The position numbers were made by a program, and so were the translations under genes. Shown piece by piece: positions 19,684-30,891 of a stretch of DNA of 64,000 nt (positions are counted from its first letter, which is position 1; each line of letters begins with the position of its first letter). The DNA comes from Acidimicrobiaceae bacterium. Lineage in GTDB: Bacteria; Actinomycetota; Acidimicrobiia; Acidimicrobiales; Aldehydirespiratoraceae. Below the pieces are notes generated by a model, which saw nothing but the letters and a program-made list of their open reading frames with translations, ran no database searches and was not told where the DNA came from. The DNA lies in assembly GCA_028820455.1 (NCBI GenBank), contig JAPPJC010000081.1, positions 14,807-78,806 on the forward strand. The letters run 5' to 3'.

Positions 19684-20632
19684 CTTCTGCTTCAAGGCGA
19701 TGCGTTCTATACCATTCTATGGTTTGACTCAATCCCTTACGGAAATCCGTTGATGCTTGGAAGTTGAACAAGTCTCGGGCTCTACTGCTGTCAACAGAGC
19801 GTCGAGGTTGACCGTCAGGTTTTGATGAATCCCAACGTATTTCTCCCGCAAATCCTGTTAACTCAGCAATTATCTCTACCACCTCGGATATTGATATCTC
19901 CTGTTCAAAACCCAGATTGACGGGTTCGCTGCCCTGGTAGTGCTCTGCAGCTGCCACAATACCCTTAGCAGCGTCATCGACATACAAGAATTCCCGTGTC
20001 GCAGTTCCAGAGCCCCAGACATCTATGTATTGTCGGCCGGTTTCTACGGCATGTACGCATTTGCGTATAACCGCGGGAATAACATGACTCACAGCAGGAT
20101 GAAACTTGTCGCCAGGGCCGTAAAGATTGGTACACATCAAATAGACACCACGTTGACCGTATTGAGCACGGTTAGCTTGAAGGTGCACAAGCAGCGCGAG
20201 TTTGGCTATGCCGTAGGGCGCGTTGGTTTCTTCAGGGTAACCTTGCCACAGTGAGGTCTCTTTAAATGGCACTGGCGTGTGTTTAGGGTATGAGCATATC
20301 GTTCCTACTATTACGGTTTTCTCCACCCCTGCGATTCGTGCTGCTTCTATCACGTTAGTGCCAAGTAGTAGGTTGTGGAGATAAAGGTCGGCCGGTTTTT
20401 TCATGTTGGCACCGATCCCTCCAACACGTGCTGCCAAATGAATCACCAAGTCCGCTTTGGCAGCTAGCAAGGCTGTTTGAGTTGTGTCAGCCTCGAGAAG
20501 GTCGATTTCATTGCTTGAAGGTGCCATCACGACCTTTACCCCACGGTTTCGCAGTTCTGATACAACTGCACCACCTAGAAAACCGGTCCCGCCGGTCACG
20601 AAAATTCGTTTCTGTTTGAAATTGTCGACCAT
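19670..20632 (-). CDS. fcl: GDP-L-fucose synthase (GDP-4-keto-6-deoxymannose 3,5-epimerase/4-reductase)
   Basis: 320 aa. Motifs VTGGTGFLG, AARVGGIGAN, NAPYGIAK, SHVIPAVIRK and KPDGQPRR are typical of the Fcl/WcaG family. Confidence 0.88.
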   Translation of the reverse strand: MVDNFKQKRIFVTGGTGFLGGAVVSELRNRGVKVVMAPSSNEIDLLEADTTQTALLAAKADLVIHLAARVGGIGANMKKPADLYLHNLLLGTNVIEAARIAGVEKTVIVGTICSYPKHTPVPFKETSLWQGYPEETNAPYGIAKLALLVHLQANRAQYGQRGVYLMCTNLYGPGDKFHPAVSHVIPAVIRKCVHAVETGRQYIDVWGSGTATREFLYVDDAAKGIVAAAEHYQGSEPVNLGFEQEISISEVVEIIAELTGFAGEIRWDSSKPDGQPRRSVDSSRARDLFNFQASTDFRKGLSQTIEWYRTHRLEAEARQN

Positions 20633-20689
20633 ATGAGGAAGTCAAGTTGAGGTTTGTCGAGTGTAAACGTATATCTTTGTTCAACCGGA

Positions 20690-20791
20690 TGTTGACTGTC
20701 TACCACTACCTGTTTTTATTGGCATTTGCTTTTTCCTTGTTCTGCGGTTTGCCGTCTCATCTGTTGACTGTTTGCCACTACCTGTTTTATT
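20690..20791 (+). repeat. Imperfect 31-bp direct repeat, period 72 bp, each copy carrying a promoter-like TTGACT-N17/18-TATTxx; upstream of the first GT4 gene
   Basis: 20690-20720 TGTTGACTGTCTACCACTACCTGTTTTTATT versus 20762-20791 TGTTGACTGTTTGCCACTACCTGTTTTATT (2 mismatches, 1 indel). The second copy ends 11 bp before the ATG at 20803. Confidence 0.8.
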
Positions 20792-20802
20792 AACATAGCA
20801 GT

Positions 20803-21900
20803 ATGGTGCGAGTAGCAGCGGTTGTAGAACAATGTTGGCACAAAGTGCCAGGAGGTACCGCCATCGCTACCGTCGGTACTTTGAAAGTATTAGCTGCTCG
20901 TGACAATCTACAGCTGATAGGTTTGTCGGCTAAGCATAAAAGCTTGCCTTCTCTGGCGTTACCGCCATCTTTGTCGGTGTGTGAGTTGCCGATGCCACGC
21001 AGAGTTCTATACGACAGTTGGCACTACCTTCGTTACCCGGATGTGTCGCAGTTTGCAGGTGAAGTCGATGTGGTGCATAGCACGGGTGGTGTAGTACCAC
21101 CCAAAGGGAATGCGGCCTTGGTGGTGACTGTTCATGATTTGGCTTTCCTGAAGCAACCTGCATGGTTCACTCGACGGGGAGTTCGTTTCGCCACCAAAGC
21201 ATTCGAGCTAGCTCAAGCAGAAGCAACTCTTATAATCGTGCCTTCACAGTCGACCGCACAAGATTGTGTTGACAATGGTGTGCCCTCACAGCGGATACGG
21301 GTAATATCCTGGGGGGTTGACATGGAAACTGCAACCGAAGTCGATGTTCGTGTTGTAAGAGATCGGTATGGCCTACCGGAAAGTTTTGCCTTGTGGGTTG
21401 GAACAGCAGAACCCCGAAAAAACCTTGAAAGCTTGTTGGCTGCTGTTTCACGAACAGAGACCAAACCTCCGCTGGTGTTGGCCGGGCCGCTTGGTTGGGG
21501 TTTGAATTTGGAAGAACTCATTGAAGCCTACCCTGTGGAGGTTATACGAGTGGGATATGTCAGAGAAAACCGTGATCTTGCTGCCCTGTATGCAGCATCT
21601 AAAGTGTTCATATACCCGAGCTTGATGGAAGGATTCGGTTTGCCAGTGCTGGAAGCGATGACACAAGGCACACCTGTGATCACCAGCTCAGGTACAGCCA
21701 CGGAAGAAGTGTGCGCTGATGCCTCTTCTACCGTGGATCCGACTGATATCGAAGAATTGGCAGCTGCTATTGATCTCATATTCACAGACGATACTGAACA
21801 TGCTCGCAGGTCCGAAGTGGCTCGGACTCGTGCTACGCAATTTAGCTGGGCTACAACCGCCAAGCAGGTGCATTCCGCGTATCTGGAAGCTTGCTGTTAG
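20803..21900 (+). CDS. GT4-family glycosyltransferase (group 1)
   Basis: 365 aa. The C-terminal EGFGLPVLEAMTQGTPVITS is the E-x7-E GT-B signature. Confidence 0.85.
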   Translation: MVRVAAVVEQCWHKVPGGTAIATVGTLKVLAARDNLQLIGLSAKHKSLPSLALPPSLSVCELPMPRRVLYDSWHYLRYPDVSQFAGEVDVVHSTGGVVPPKGNAALVVTVHDLAFLKQPAWFTRRGVRFATKAFELAQAEATLIIVPSQSTAQDCVDNGVPSQRIRVISWGVDMETATEVDVRVVRDRYGLPESFALWVGTAEPRKNLESLLAAVSRTETKPPLVLAGPLGWGLNLEELIEAYPVEVIRVGYVRENRDLAALYAASKVFIYPSLMEGFGLPVLEAMTQGTPVITSSGTATEEVCADASSTVDPTDIEELAAAIDLIFTDDTEHARRSEVARTRATQFSWATTAKQVHSAYLEACC

Positions 21901-22151
21901 ATTTAGTTCAGAACCAACATGAGCCGCCGGTGTGCCCAAAATCTTGCTGTTGGATTAGTTTGGATGTCGGTTGATTTCGGTGATTCACTCCAGTTTTCGT
22001 CAATCAGCTTTTGATCTGGTTTTACATGGGAGGTGGGAGGTTGTGTTTCGATGTTGGTGTGTAGCGTTGGTTTTAGGCTTGTTCAATTAAGCAGGCCTGT
22101 GTTGTTGTATATGATTCTGAGCCGCATATATGATTCTCTTGGGCACTGCTA

Positions 22152-23411
22152 ATGATTCTTCGACCTCAAGGGTTAACCCCAAATTCGGCATCACCTTCAC
22201 CTAGGACAGCTCAAACACCCGGGACGGTTCAAACTTTGAAAGTTTTGGCAAATTTATGTTTTGTGGTGCCTGATCAAGTCGGAGGAAGCGAAGAATATGC
22301 GGTGCGGCTATTGAAAGCAGTTACCTCGGATTCTGCCCTCGAGGATGTTTCTTTGCAAAAACAAGTTTCTCTGCAACTGGAGCTGGCGGCAATGAAAAAA
22401 ACCCGTGAGTGCCATCCGGATCTATCCGACATTGTTTGGCATGAAGCTCCTTGGAGTGGACATAACCGACTTAGGCGGGTAGTGGTGGAGTCAACTTGGT
22501 TATTTCATCGTTCTTCAGGTTTTGATATCGTCCACCATTTTGGTGGGAGGGTTCCAGTTTTACATCGTGGGGCTACGGTGGTTACTATTCATGATTTGCA
22601 GCCATTGGACATACCCGAGAATTTTTCTGCTGCAAAACGCCATTATCTCAAGATGGCCTTGAAGCACAGTTCACGTGCCGCTGATCTTGTGGTTGTGCCC
22701 TCAAGATGGGTGGCGGAGCGAGTTGAGCAGCACTTCAAAGTTCCTGCTGATCATATCCGAGTGGTGTCGTCAACCTATCCTCAACAGCTGTTCGATCAAC
22801 TTGAAAATCAAAAAGATCGCAGTAGACGAATAAACCCGCCGAAAAAGTTGTTCAAAGCATCTGACACTGAAGATGGACTTTGGAATGACAAGCCGTTTGT
22901 TCTGTATCCGGCGGCAACTTATCCTCACAAAAATCACGCGCTTTTGATTGCTGCTCATTCGATAGTGCGAACCCGTATCAAGGATGCCATTTTAATACTC
23001 ACCGGAGGCAACGGTAGAGCTCACAGTAAGGTAAACGAACTTGTTGGACAGAGTCCTGGTGTTGTGCATCTAGGACGGTGCGACAGAAAGCTTCTAGCTT
23101 CTTTATATTTTTCTGCTGCAGCGGTAGCTTTTCCTTCCCGTTACGAAGGATTCGGACTACCGGTGTTAGAAGCTATGGCAGCAGGCACGCCTGTCATAGC
23201 AGCAAACAAAACAGCACTTCCCGAGATTGTGGGTGACGCTGGCATGCTGGTGGATCCCGATGATCTTGATGGCTGGGTTGATGCTATAACAGAAGTCTTG
23301 AACAGATCATCGGATATCGACAAGCGGGTAGAAAAAGCGCGAACAAGAGCTGCATTATATTCACCGGTCAAGGCCGCTGCCCGTCTCACAGAAGTGTGGA
23401 CGCGACTATGA
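22152..23411 (+). CDS. GT4-family glycosyltransferase (group 1)
   Basis: 419 aa with EGFGLPVLEAMAAGTPVIAA. The N-terminal ~25 codons may not be translated, so the true start may be further downstream. Confidence 0.82.
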   Translation: MILRPQGLTPNSASPSPRTAQTPGTVQTLKVLANLCFVVPDQVGGSEEYAVRLLKAVTSDSALEDVSLQKQVSLQLELAAMKKTRECHPDLSDIVWHEAPWSGHNRLRRVVVESTWLFHRSSGFDIVHHFGGRVPVLHRGATVVTIHDLQPLDIPENFSAAKRHYLKMALKHSSRAADLVVVPSRWVAERVEQHFKVPADHIRVVSSTYPQQLFDQLENQKDRSRRINPPKKLFKASDTEDGLWNDKPFVLYPAATYPHKNHALLIAAHSIVRTRIKDAILILTGGNGRAHSKVNELVGQSPGVVHLGRCDRKLLASLYFSAAAVAFPSRYEGFGLPVLEAMAAGTPVIAANKTALPEIVGDAGMLVDPDDLDGWVDAITEVLNRSSDIDKRVEKARTRAALYSPVKAAARLTEVWTRL

Positions 23412-23512
23412 AAGTAGCATTCTCGGTCTTTTGAGCTGACAATGTCCGCGTGTATGCAAGTAGGCAATTGGTGCCTCAAGTTTTTCGCTTCGCAGGTGAA
23501 TATTTGAAGGTC

Positions 23513-24844
23513 ATGCGAATACTCATAATTTGTCCACATTTCAAACCCGATGTGGCACCCACAGGAATATTAATGACCGCGATTGTGGACGAACTGTGCA
23601 ACAGCGGCCATGAAGTCTATGTGGTCACTTCGCTACCTTGGTATCGTCATCACCAGGTAGAGCCTGGATGGCGTGGATCGCTCATCCATACTCAACCTAG
23701 CCCACGAGATTCAAGAAGAACTGAAGTGAAAAGTACGGCGATCACCAAACAAGTGTTCAAACGTTTGCTATCAGTAAAACCTCGACAAGCAGAAAAAGCA
23801 GAAAGAAGGATTATCACTCGCGTTCATCCTTTTCCTATGTCTAAGACGTCTATTTTTGCTCGTGCTATAGGGTTTGTTGGTTTTTCTGGTTTAGCCACTT
23901 CGGTGGCGGTCAAACCCAGTGTCAAACCTGACGTGGTTTTGGCCATGTCCCCTCCACTGACTTTAGGTTTAGCAGGGTGGTTGGCTGCAAGACGTTGGCG
24001 GGTTCCATTGGTTCTGAATGTGCAGGACGTCTACCCGGACGCGATGATACAACTTGGTGTTATCCGCAACCGTTGTCTCATAGGCATGGCACGCCGGCTT
24101 GAAAGGTTCACTTATCGTTGCTGTGATGCTATTACGGTATTATCCGATGAGATGAGAGAAAACCTAGACTCTAAATTGAGCAGCTCAGGGCATACTCGTT
24201 TGCAAGTCATTCCCAACTTTGTCGACACAAAACGAATACATCCTCTTGCTAGGACGACCAGATATCGCTCTAGATACGGATTGGGCGATCATACTGTGGT
24301 AATGTACGCGGGCAATATTGGTTTCTCGCAGCCGCTGAATCTTATGCTGGATGCAGCGCACGCTTTCAGACACCGCAAAGATGTTGTGTTCGTGATCAAC
24401 GGGATGGGTTCTGCGTTAGAGGCCTTGAAGTCCGGGGCTGTTGGATTGAACAACGTAGTATTCACCGATTTTCAACCGGAACAACACCTCAACGATGTGC
24501 TGGCTTCTGCTGATGTTCATGTGATAGTACTCAAAAAAGGGTTGGCACATTCGAGTGTACCTTCTAAGTTGTATTCAATTTTGGCGGCAGGACGTCCGGT
24601 GGTGGTGTCATTAGATGCTGAGACCGAAGTATCGCAAGTCGTCAAGCAAGCGAACAGCGGTTTAGCGGTTCCTCCAGAGGATTCTCAGGCTTTCATAGCT
24701 GCGATAGAACAGTTGATAGATGATCCTGTTCTCAGGCAGGAATTAGGGCAGAATGGGCGAGCCTTTGTGGAGTCTTGGGTGTCAGTGGATATGATCGCAC
24801 AAGCCTATCTCAAGCTTTTCACAGAGCTTGCAAATACCAGTTGA
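23513..24844 (+). CDS. GT4-family glycosyltransferase (WcaI/WbuB-like)
   Basis: The ORF starts at 23450, but MRILIICPHFKPDVAPTG at 23513 is the typical N-terminus. The later VPSKLYSILAAGRPVV motif supports the call. Confidence 0.82.
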   Translation: MRILIICPHFKPDVAPTGILMTAIVDELCNSGHEVYVVTSLPWYRHHQVEPGWRGSLIHTQPSPRDSRRTEVKSTAITKQVFKRLLSVKPRQAEKAERRIITRVHPFPMSKTSIFARAIGFVGFSGLATSVAVKPSVKPDVVLAMSPPLTLGLAGWLAARRWRVPLVLNVQDVYPDAMIQLGVIRNRCLIGMARRLERFTYRCCDAITVLSDEMRENLDSKLSSSGHTRLQVIPNFVDTKRIHPLARTTRYRSRYGLGDHTVVMYAGNIGFSQPLNLMLDAAHAFRHRKDVVFVINGMGSALEALKSGAVGLNNVVFTDFQPEQHLNDVLASADVHVIVLKKGLAHSSVPSKLYSILAAGRPVVVSLDAETEVSQVVKQANSGLAVPPEDSQAFIAAIEQLIDDPVLRQELGQNGRAFVESWVSVDMIAQAYLKLFTELANTS

Positions 24845-24976
24845 TATAGTCTGATATGGTTACAGTTACCCATGAATCCGTACCTTGAGAAGTTGTTATA
24901 GCGTATTCGCAGCTGCTGCAGGTTATGCCTTGACTTGTTTTGAATTCGCGAGTTATCGTAGTATCGTATTGTCTCT

Positions 24977-25897
24977 GTGATCAAACGAAATTCCCGATCT
25001 TTAGGTTCATCTAAAAAAATCCAAAAAGCTGCTCGCATAGCGGCTAAGTCAGGCGATTCCCACCAACGAAAAGAATTAGGATTTTCGGCCATTATTGTGG
25101 TTGTGGTGATTCTGGGTATCGTGATGGTATTGATATCCAAGGGCTTACAGACTCCTGTGACTCCACCACGAATAACCGATCATTGGCATTCAGCTTATGG
25201 TGTGTATGATTGCGACCGTTGGCTTGATCCGTTTACCAGCGACTATGATCCGGATGGTATTCATTCACACCGAGATGGGGTAATTCATATACATCCGTGG
25301 AACAGTTCTGCGACGGGCGACGATGCCAGTCTTGGAGTTTTCTTTGAATCTATGGGAGTTACTGTGACTGTTGATGAGATAAGTTCTGAATTCGGTGTTC
25401 TTAAGGCAGGGTCTGATTGTGATGGTCAACCTACCGTTATCCGAGCCGCCCGTTTCGCTCTTGGTGATCCGAGCACGGATTTGCAAGAGATCATTAATGC
25501 TTCCGATGACGCAGAGAGGGCACAAATTCTTGAGAGTAAGTACCAAGAATTCGAGCAGTACTCTACCGACTTCCATCAGATACGCATTCTGGAAGATCTG
25601 GAAGTATTTACAATTGCGCGTGTATCGGTAGATGCGACTATTCCCCTACCACCACGTGCGAGACTGTTGGAATCTTTTAACGCATCGGGGGGTCGAGTTC
25701 TTTCTTCAGGCCCTGTCCCTGTGATTCCTGATGACTTGCCACCAAATGATGGTTCGGATGTGTCAGCCGAAGATACCGAAGATGAACTGCCTCCCGGAGG
25801 TGATACTTCTAGCGAGGAGCCAACAGATATCACTGACCTGCCTGAACCCACAGGTACTGCAGGCTTTGGCACTGCCGATTCTTCTGCTGACAATTAG
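24977..25897 (+). CDS. Hypothetical membrane-anchored protein with His-rich motif HWH...GIHSHRDGVIHIHPW and acidic C-terminal tail
   Basis: 306 aa with a GTG start. A basic N-terminus is followed by one TM helix (FSAIIVVVVILGIVMVLI), then an extracytoplasmic domain. The C-terminus is Asp/Glu/Pro-rich. Confidence 0.65.
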   Translation: MIKRNSRSLGSSKKIQKAARIAAKSGDSHQRKELGFSAIIVVVVILGIVMVLISKGLQTPVTPPRITDHWHSAYGVYDCDRWLDPFTSDYDPDGIHSHRDGVIHIHPWNSSATGDDASLGVFFESMGVTVTVDEISSEFGVLKAGSDCDGQPTVIRAARFALGDPSTDLQEIINASDDAERAQILESKYQEFEQYSTDFHQIRILEDLEVFTIARVSVDATIPLPPRARLLESFNASGGRVLSSGPVPVIPDDLPPNDGSDVSAEDTEDELPPGGDTSSEEPTDITDLPEPTGTAGFGTADSSADN

Positions 25898-25938
25898 AAG
25901 GCTGCGATTAGAAAGGCTGGGATAACCTTTTCTAAGCT

Positions 25939-26982
25939 ATGTTAGCTATTGTGCTCGCTGGTGGTTTTGGCACGCGTTTGCATCCTCTCACGCTCACAAC
26001 GCCCAAACAAATGCTGCCAGTAGCAGGACGCCCGATGATAGAGCACATAGTTTCCACCTTATCCGAACACGGGGTAGATAAAATTGTTCTCTCGCTGGGA
26101 TACCGAGACGATGTTTTTCGTGCTGCTTATCCAGACTACCGATGTGCTGGAGTTGAGCTGGTTTATGCGGTTGAAACCAAACCTTTGGGAACAGCGGGTG
26201 CCATACGCTTTGCTTGGGAAATAGCAGGCAAACCCCGCGAATCCTTTTTGGTTGTGAACGGTGATGTCATCACCGCTCTTGACTTCACAGCCCTCATGCG
26301 ATGTCACAGTTCAACTGGAGCTGAAGCGACAATACATCTCATTATGGTCGACGATCCATCCCGTTATGGGCTGGTGTTAGCCGATTCTGCCGGTAAAGTG
26401 GGCAGGTTTTTAGAGAAGCCGCATAACAGTGCTAGTGGTCATTGCGGAATTGCAACCACTTTCGAAGAAGGTGGTTGGATAAATGCCGGTTCCTATGTTA
26501 TGGAGCCTGCAGTTATCGATCGTATACCAGCTGATCAGGATGTGTCGATTGAACGGGATTGTTTTCCATCTATGGCTTGCGAAGACTCTTTATGGTCGCT
26601 GCCTCAACAAGTCTACTGGATAGATGCCGGCACGCCTGAATCTTACCTTCAAGTTCAGCTTGATATACTTGAGTCCAAATATTCGACGGCTGTCCAAGGG
26701 TGCGCGCCTCATATAGCTGAAGGTGTTTCTGTGGGTGCGGGGGCTCGGGTAGAGCGAAGCGTGATCATGGGAGGTGTTTCTGTGGGTGCGGGGGCTCGGG
26801 TAGAGCGAAGCGTGATCATGGAAAATGCGATTATTTCCGACCGAGCACTTATTTGTGACTCGGCTGTAGGTTCTGCAGCATTTGTTGGGGTTGAAACCAA
26901 GGTCTCTGACTTCACGCTTCTCGCTGATAATGCCAAAGCTGAAGCCAACAGGAACCTGACAACTTCAGCGGGTAACTGCTAG
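25939..26982 (+). CDS. manC: Mannose-1-phosphate guanylyltransferase / NDP-sugar pyrophosphorylase with C-terminal left-handed beta-helix
   Basis: MLAIVLAGGFGTRLHPLTLTTPKQMLPVAGRPMI is the nucleotidyltransferase signature. The C-terminus consists of hexapeptide repeats. Synteny with cofD/cofE matches that of mycobacterial Rv3264c. Confidence 0.88.
   Translation: MLAIVLAGGFGTRLHPLTLTTPKQMLPVAGRPMIEHIVSTLSEHGVDKIVLSLGYRDDVFRAAYPDYRCAGVELVYAVETKPLGTAGAIRFAWEIAGKPRESFLVVNGDVITALDFTALMRCHSSTGAEATIHLIMVDDPSRYGLVLADSAGKVGRFLEKPHNSASGHCGIATTFEEGGWINAGSYVMEPAVIDRIPADQDVSIERDCFPSMACEDSLWSLPQQVYWIDAGTPESYLQVQLDILESKYSTAVQGCAPHIAEGVSVGAGARVERSVIMGGVSVGAGARVERSVIMENAIISDRALICDSAVGSAAFVGVETKVSDFTLLADNAKAEANRNLTTSAGNC
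26721..26821 (+). repeat. Perfect in-frame 51-bp tandem duplication inside manC (GVSVGAGARVERSVIM x2)
   Basis: 26721-26770 is identical to 26772-26821, with a period of 51 bp (17 codons). It falls in the hexapeptide-repeat domain. Confidence 0.95.
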
Positions 26983-27003
26983 TGCATAAATCTCAGTCTG
27001 CCT

Positions 27004-27104
27004 GTTGTGTGCATGGTTGAGTTACATCTCATGCTCAGTTTGATGGGGCGGTAGGCTTCGGGTGCTTCAGTTGTGTGCATGGTTGAGTTACATCTCATGC
27101 TCAG
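27004..27104. repeat. X-Y-X module: perfect 35-bp direct repeat flanking a 31-bp unique core
   Basis: GTTGTGTGCATGGTTGAGTTACATCTCATGCTCAG occurs at 27004-27038 and at 27070-27104. The core at 27039-27069 is TTTGATGGGGCGGTAGGCTTCGGGTGCTTCA. Each X contains a GCATG...CATGC hairpin. The module lies between the manC stop and the galE start. Confidence 0.95.
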
Positions 27105-27148
27105 CCGAATTTACTTGATTTTGATTGGTTGGGGATGGGAAGTAGGTT

Positions 27149-28171
27149 ATGGCTGCCGTATTGATAACCGGTGGTGCTGGTTACATAGGTAGCCACGTAG
27201 CGGTTGCGTTGTACCGTTCGGAGCGACAAGTTGTGATTTTAGACAATTTTTCGAATGCATCACCTTCAGCAGTAGATGCTATTCGCAGTATCACAACTCC
27301 GGAATTGCCAGTGGTAGAAGGTGACGCAGCAGACTCAGCACTCCTAGAGAAAGTTGTCAGCCAATATCATATCAGTTCAATAGTTCATTTAGCAGCCTTT
27401 AAGGACGTATCTGAATCATCGGTTAGGCCTCACCGCTATTACCGCAACAATCTGAACTGCACTATCAATGTTGCGGAGGTTTCAGTTGAACATGGCCTGA
27501 AACGGATGGTCTTCAGTTCTTCGGCAGCTGTATATGGAACACCACAGACGGTTCCTGTGTGCGAGGAAACTTCACTGCAGCCGATTAGCCCGTATGGGCG
27601 TTCAAAGCTTATGTGCGAGCAGATTCTCATTGATAGTACATCCGCTGCGACACGTTTAGAGGTGGTGCTACTTCGTTATTTCAACCCTGTAGGAGCTCAC
27701 CCGTCAGGAGTTATCGGTGAAGATCCAACACACTCAACTACTAGTCTGGTGTCTCAAATCATGCAGACTGCTTCAGGTAAAGCTGGTCCTGTACCGATTT
27801 TTGGAAACGATTATGACACCCCTGATGGTACGGCAATCCGAGATTTTGTGCATGTAATGGATTTAGCGGCAGGTCATGTGGCAGCACTGGAAAACGATCA
27901 GATTTTTGGGGCTGGAAGTCGTAGTGCAGCGTTCAACCTGGGAACAGGAGTGGGCAGCTCAGTGTTGGATATGCTGAATGCAGCAGGTGCCGCATTGGGC
28001 TGTGGCATTCCTTACAGAATTTCCAAAAGACGACCGGGGGATATCGCCAGTATTTGGGCCGACTGCGAAAAGGCACGTAAACAACTCGGCTGGACAGCTC
28101 AACACAATCCAGTCAGCATGATACGTGATCATTGGAATTGGCAACAGCGTAACTCCGATGGCTATCGTTAG
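27149..28171 (+). CDS. galE: UDP-glucose 4-epimerase
   Basis: 340 aa with TGGAGYIGSH, the catalytic SPYGRSK (YxxxK) and NVFGNDY-like FGNDYDTPDGT. It is colinear with GalE. Confidence 0.9.
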   Translation: MAAVLITGGAGYIGSHVAVALYRSERQVVILDNFSNASPSAVDAIRSITTPELPVVEGDAADSALLEKVVSQYHISSIVHLAAFKDVSESSVRPHRYYRNNLNCTINVAEVSVEHGLKRMVFSSSAAVYGTPQTVPVCEETSLQPISPYGRSKLMCEQILIDSTSAATRLEVVLLRYFNPVGAHPSGVIGEDPTHSTTSLVSQIMQTASGKAGPVPIFGNDYDTPDGTAIRDFVHVMDLAAGHVAALENDQIFGAGSRSAAFNLGTGVGSSVLDMLNAAGAALGCGIPYRISKRRPGDIASIWADCEKARKQLGWTAQHNPVSMIRDHWNWQQRNSDGYR

Positions 28172-28172
28172 A

Positions 28173-28880
28173 TCAACGGAAAAGGTCTTCACTTGGAGAA
28201 CGAATGATTTCATCGGCAACAGAACTTTCTCTGAACCAATGTTCGTTAAGACCGCGCAGCACAGCCATTGGGATACCGGAAGCTTTTCCCATAACCAGGT
28301 CAGCGGCTGCAGCGATCTCATCAACTACGGCTACTTCAGTTGTTTGCAGTTTACGTCCTAGGGCATCATCAGTACCCCGTAGATCCACTAACGCTGCGAT
28401 GCCAGCACAGCCGATGCCTACATCTGTTACTCCACGCCGCCAAGGACGCCCAAAGGTATCAGATATCACTACTCCAACTTCAACACCTGCTTTGAACTTG
28501 AGATCTTCGCGTATCTTATGAGCTGAATAGTCGCTATCAGCGGGAAGCAAAGTTGCGTAGCCTTTTGTAACGTTGCTACGATCAACACCGGCATTAGCAC
28601 ACACAAAACCGTGTTTGGTTTCGGCTATTACCAAACTGCCACGCCTTCTCAATACCTTCCTGCACTCTTTTTCAACTAGTCGCCTGTAATTTAAATCACT
28701 GTTTTTGTTTTCATGTATGGCCACAAGCCGTCCTTCAGCTTTTGATACGATTTTTTGAGTTATCACCACACAGTCATTATCGCGTAAATCCGCTGCATCG
28801 AGTATCAATTGAGCGATGTCGTCGTCGGGGGTTACTTCTCTGATGCCTGTAACAGCAATAATTTGCAGTTCAACAGTCAT
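28173..28880 (-). CDS. cofE: Coenzyme F420-0:L-glutamate ligase, single-domain form
   Basis: 235 aa. VITQKIVSKAEGR, ANAGVDRSN and ISDTFGRPWR are CofE motifs. There is no C-terminal nitroreductase-like domain of the kind present in mycobacterial FbiB. Confidence 0.88.
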   Translation of the reverse strand: MTVELQIIAVTGIREVTPDDDIAQLILDAADLRDNDCVVITQKIVSKAEGRLVAIHENKNSDLNYRRLVEKECRKVLRRRGSLVIAETKHGFVCANAGVDRSNVTKGYATLLPADSDYSAHKIREDLKFKAGVEVGVVISDTFGRPWRRGVTDVGIGCAGIAALVDLRGTDDALGRKLQTTEVAVVDEIAAAADLVMGKASGIPMAVLRGLNEHWFRESSVADEIIRSPSEDLFR

Positions 28881-28895
28881 TTGTTTGCAATTGAT

Positions 28896-30891
<1,996 letters not shown>

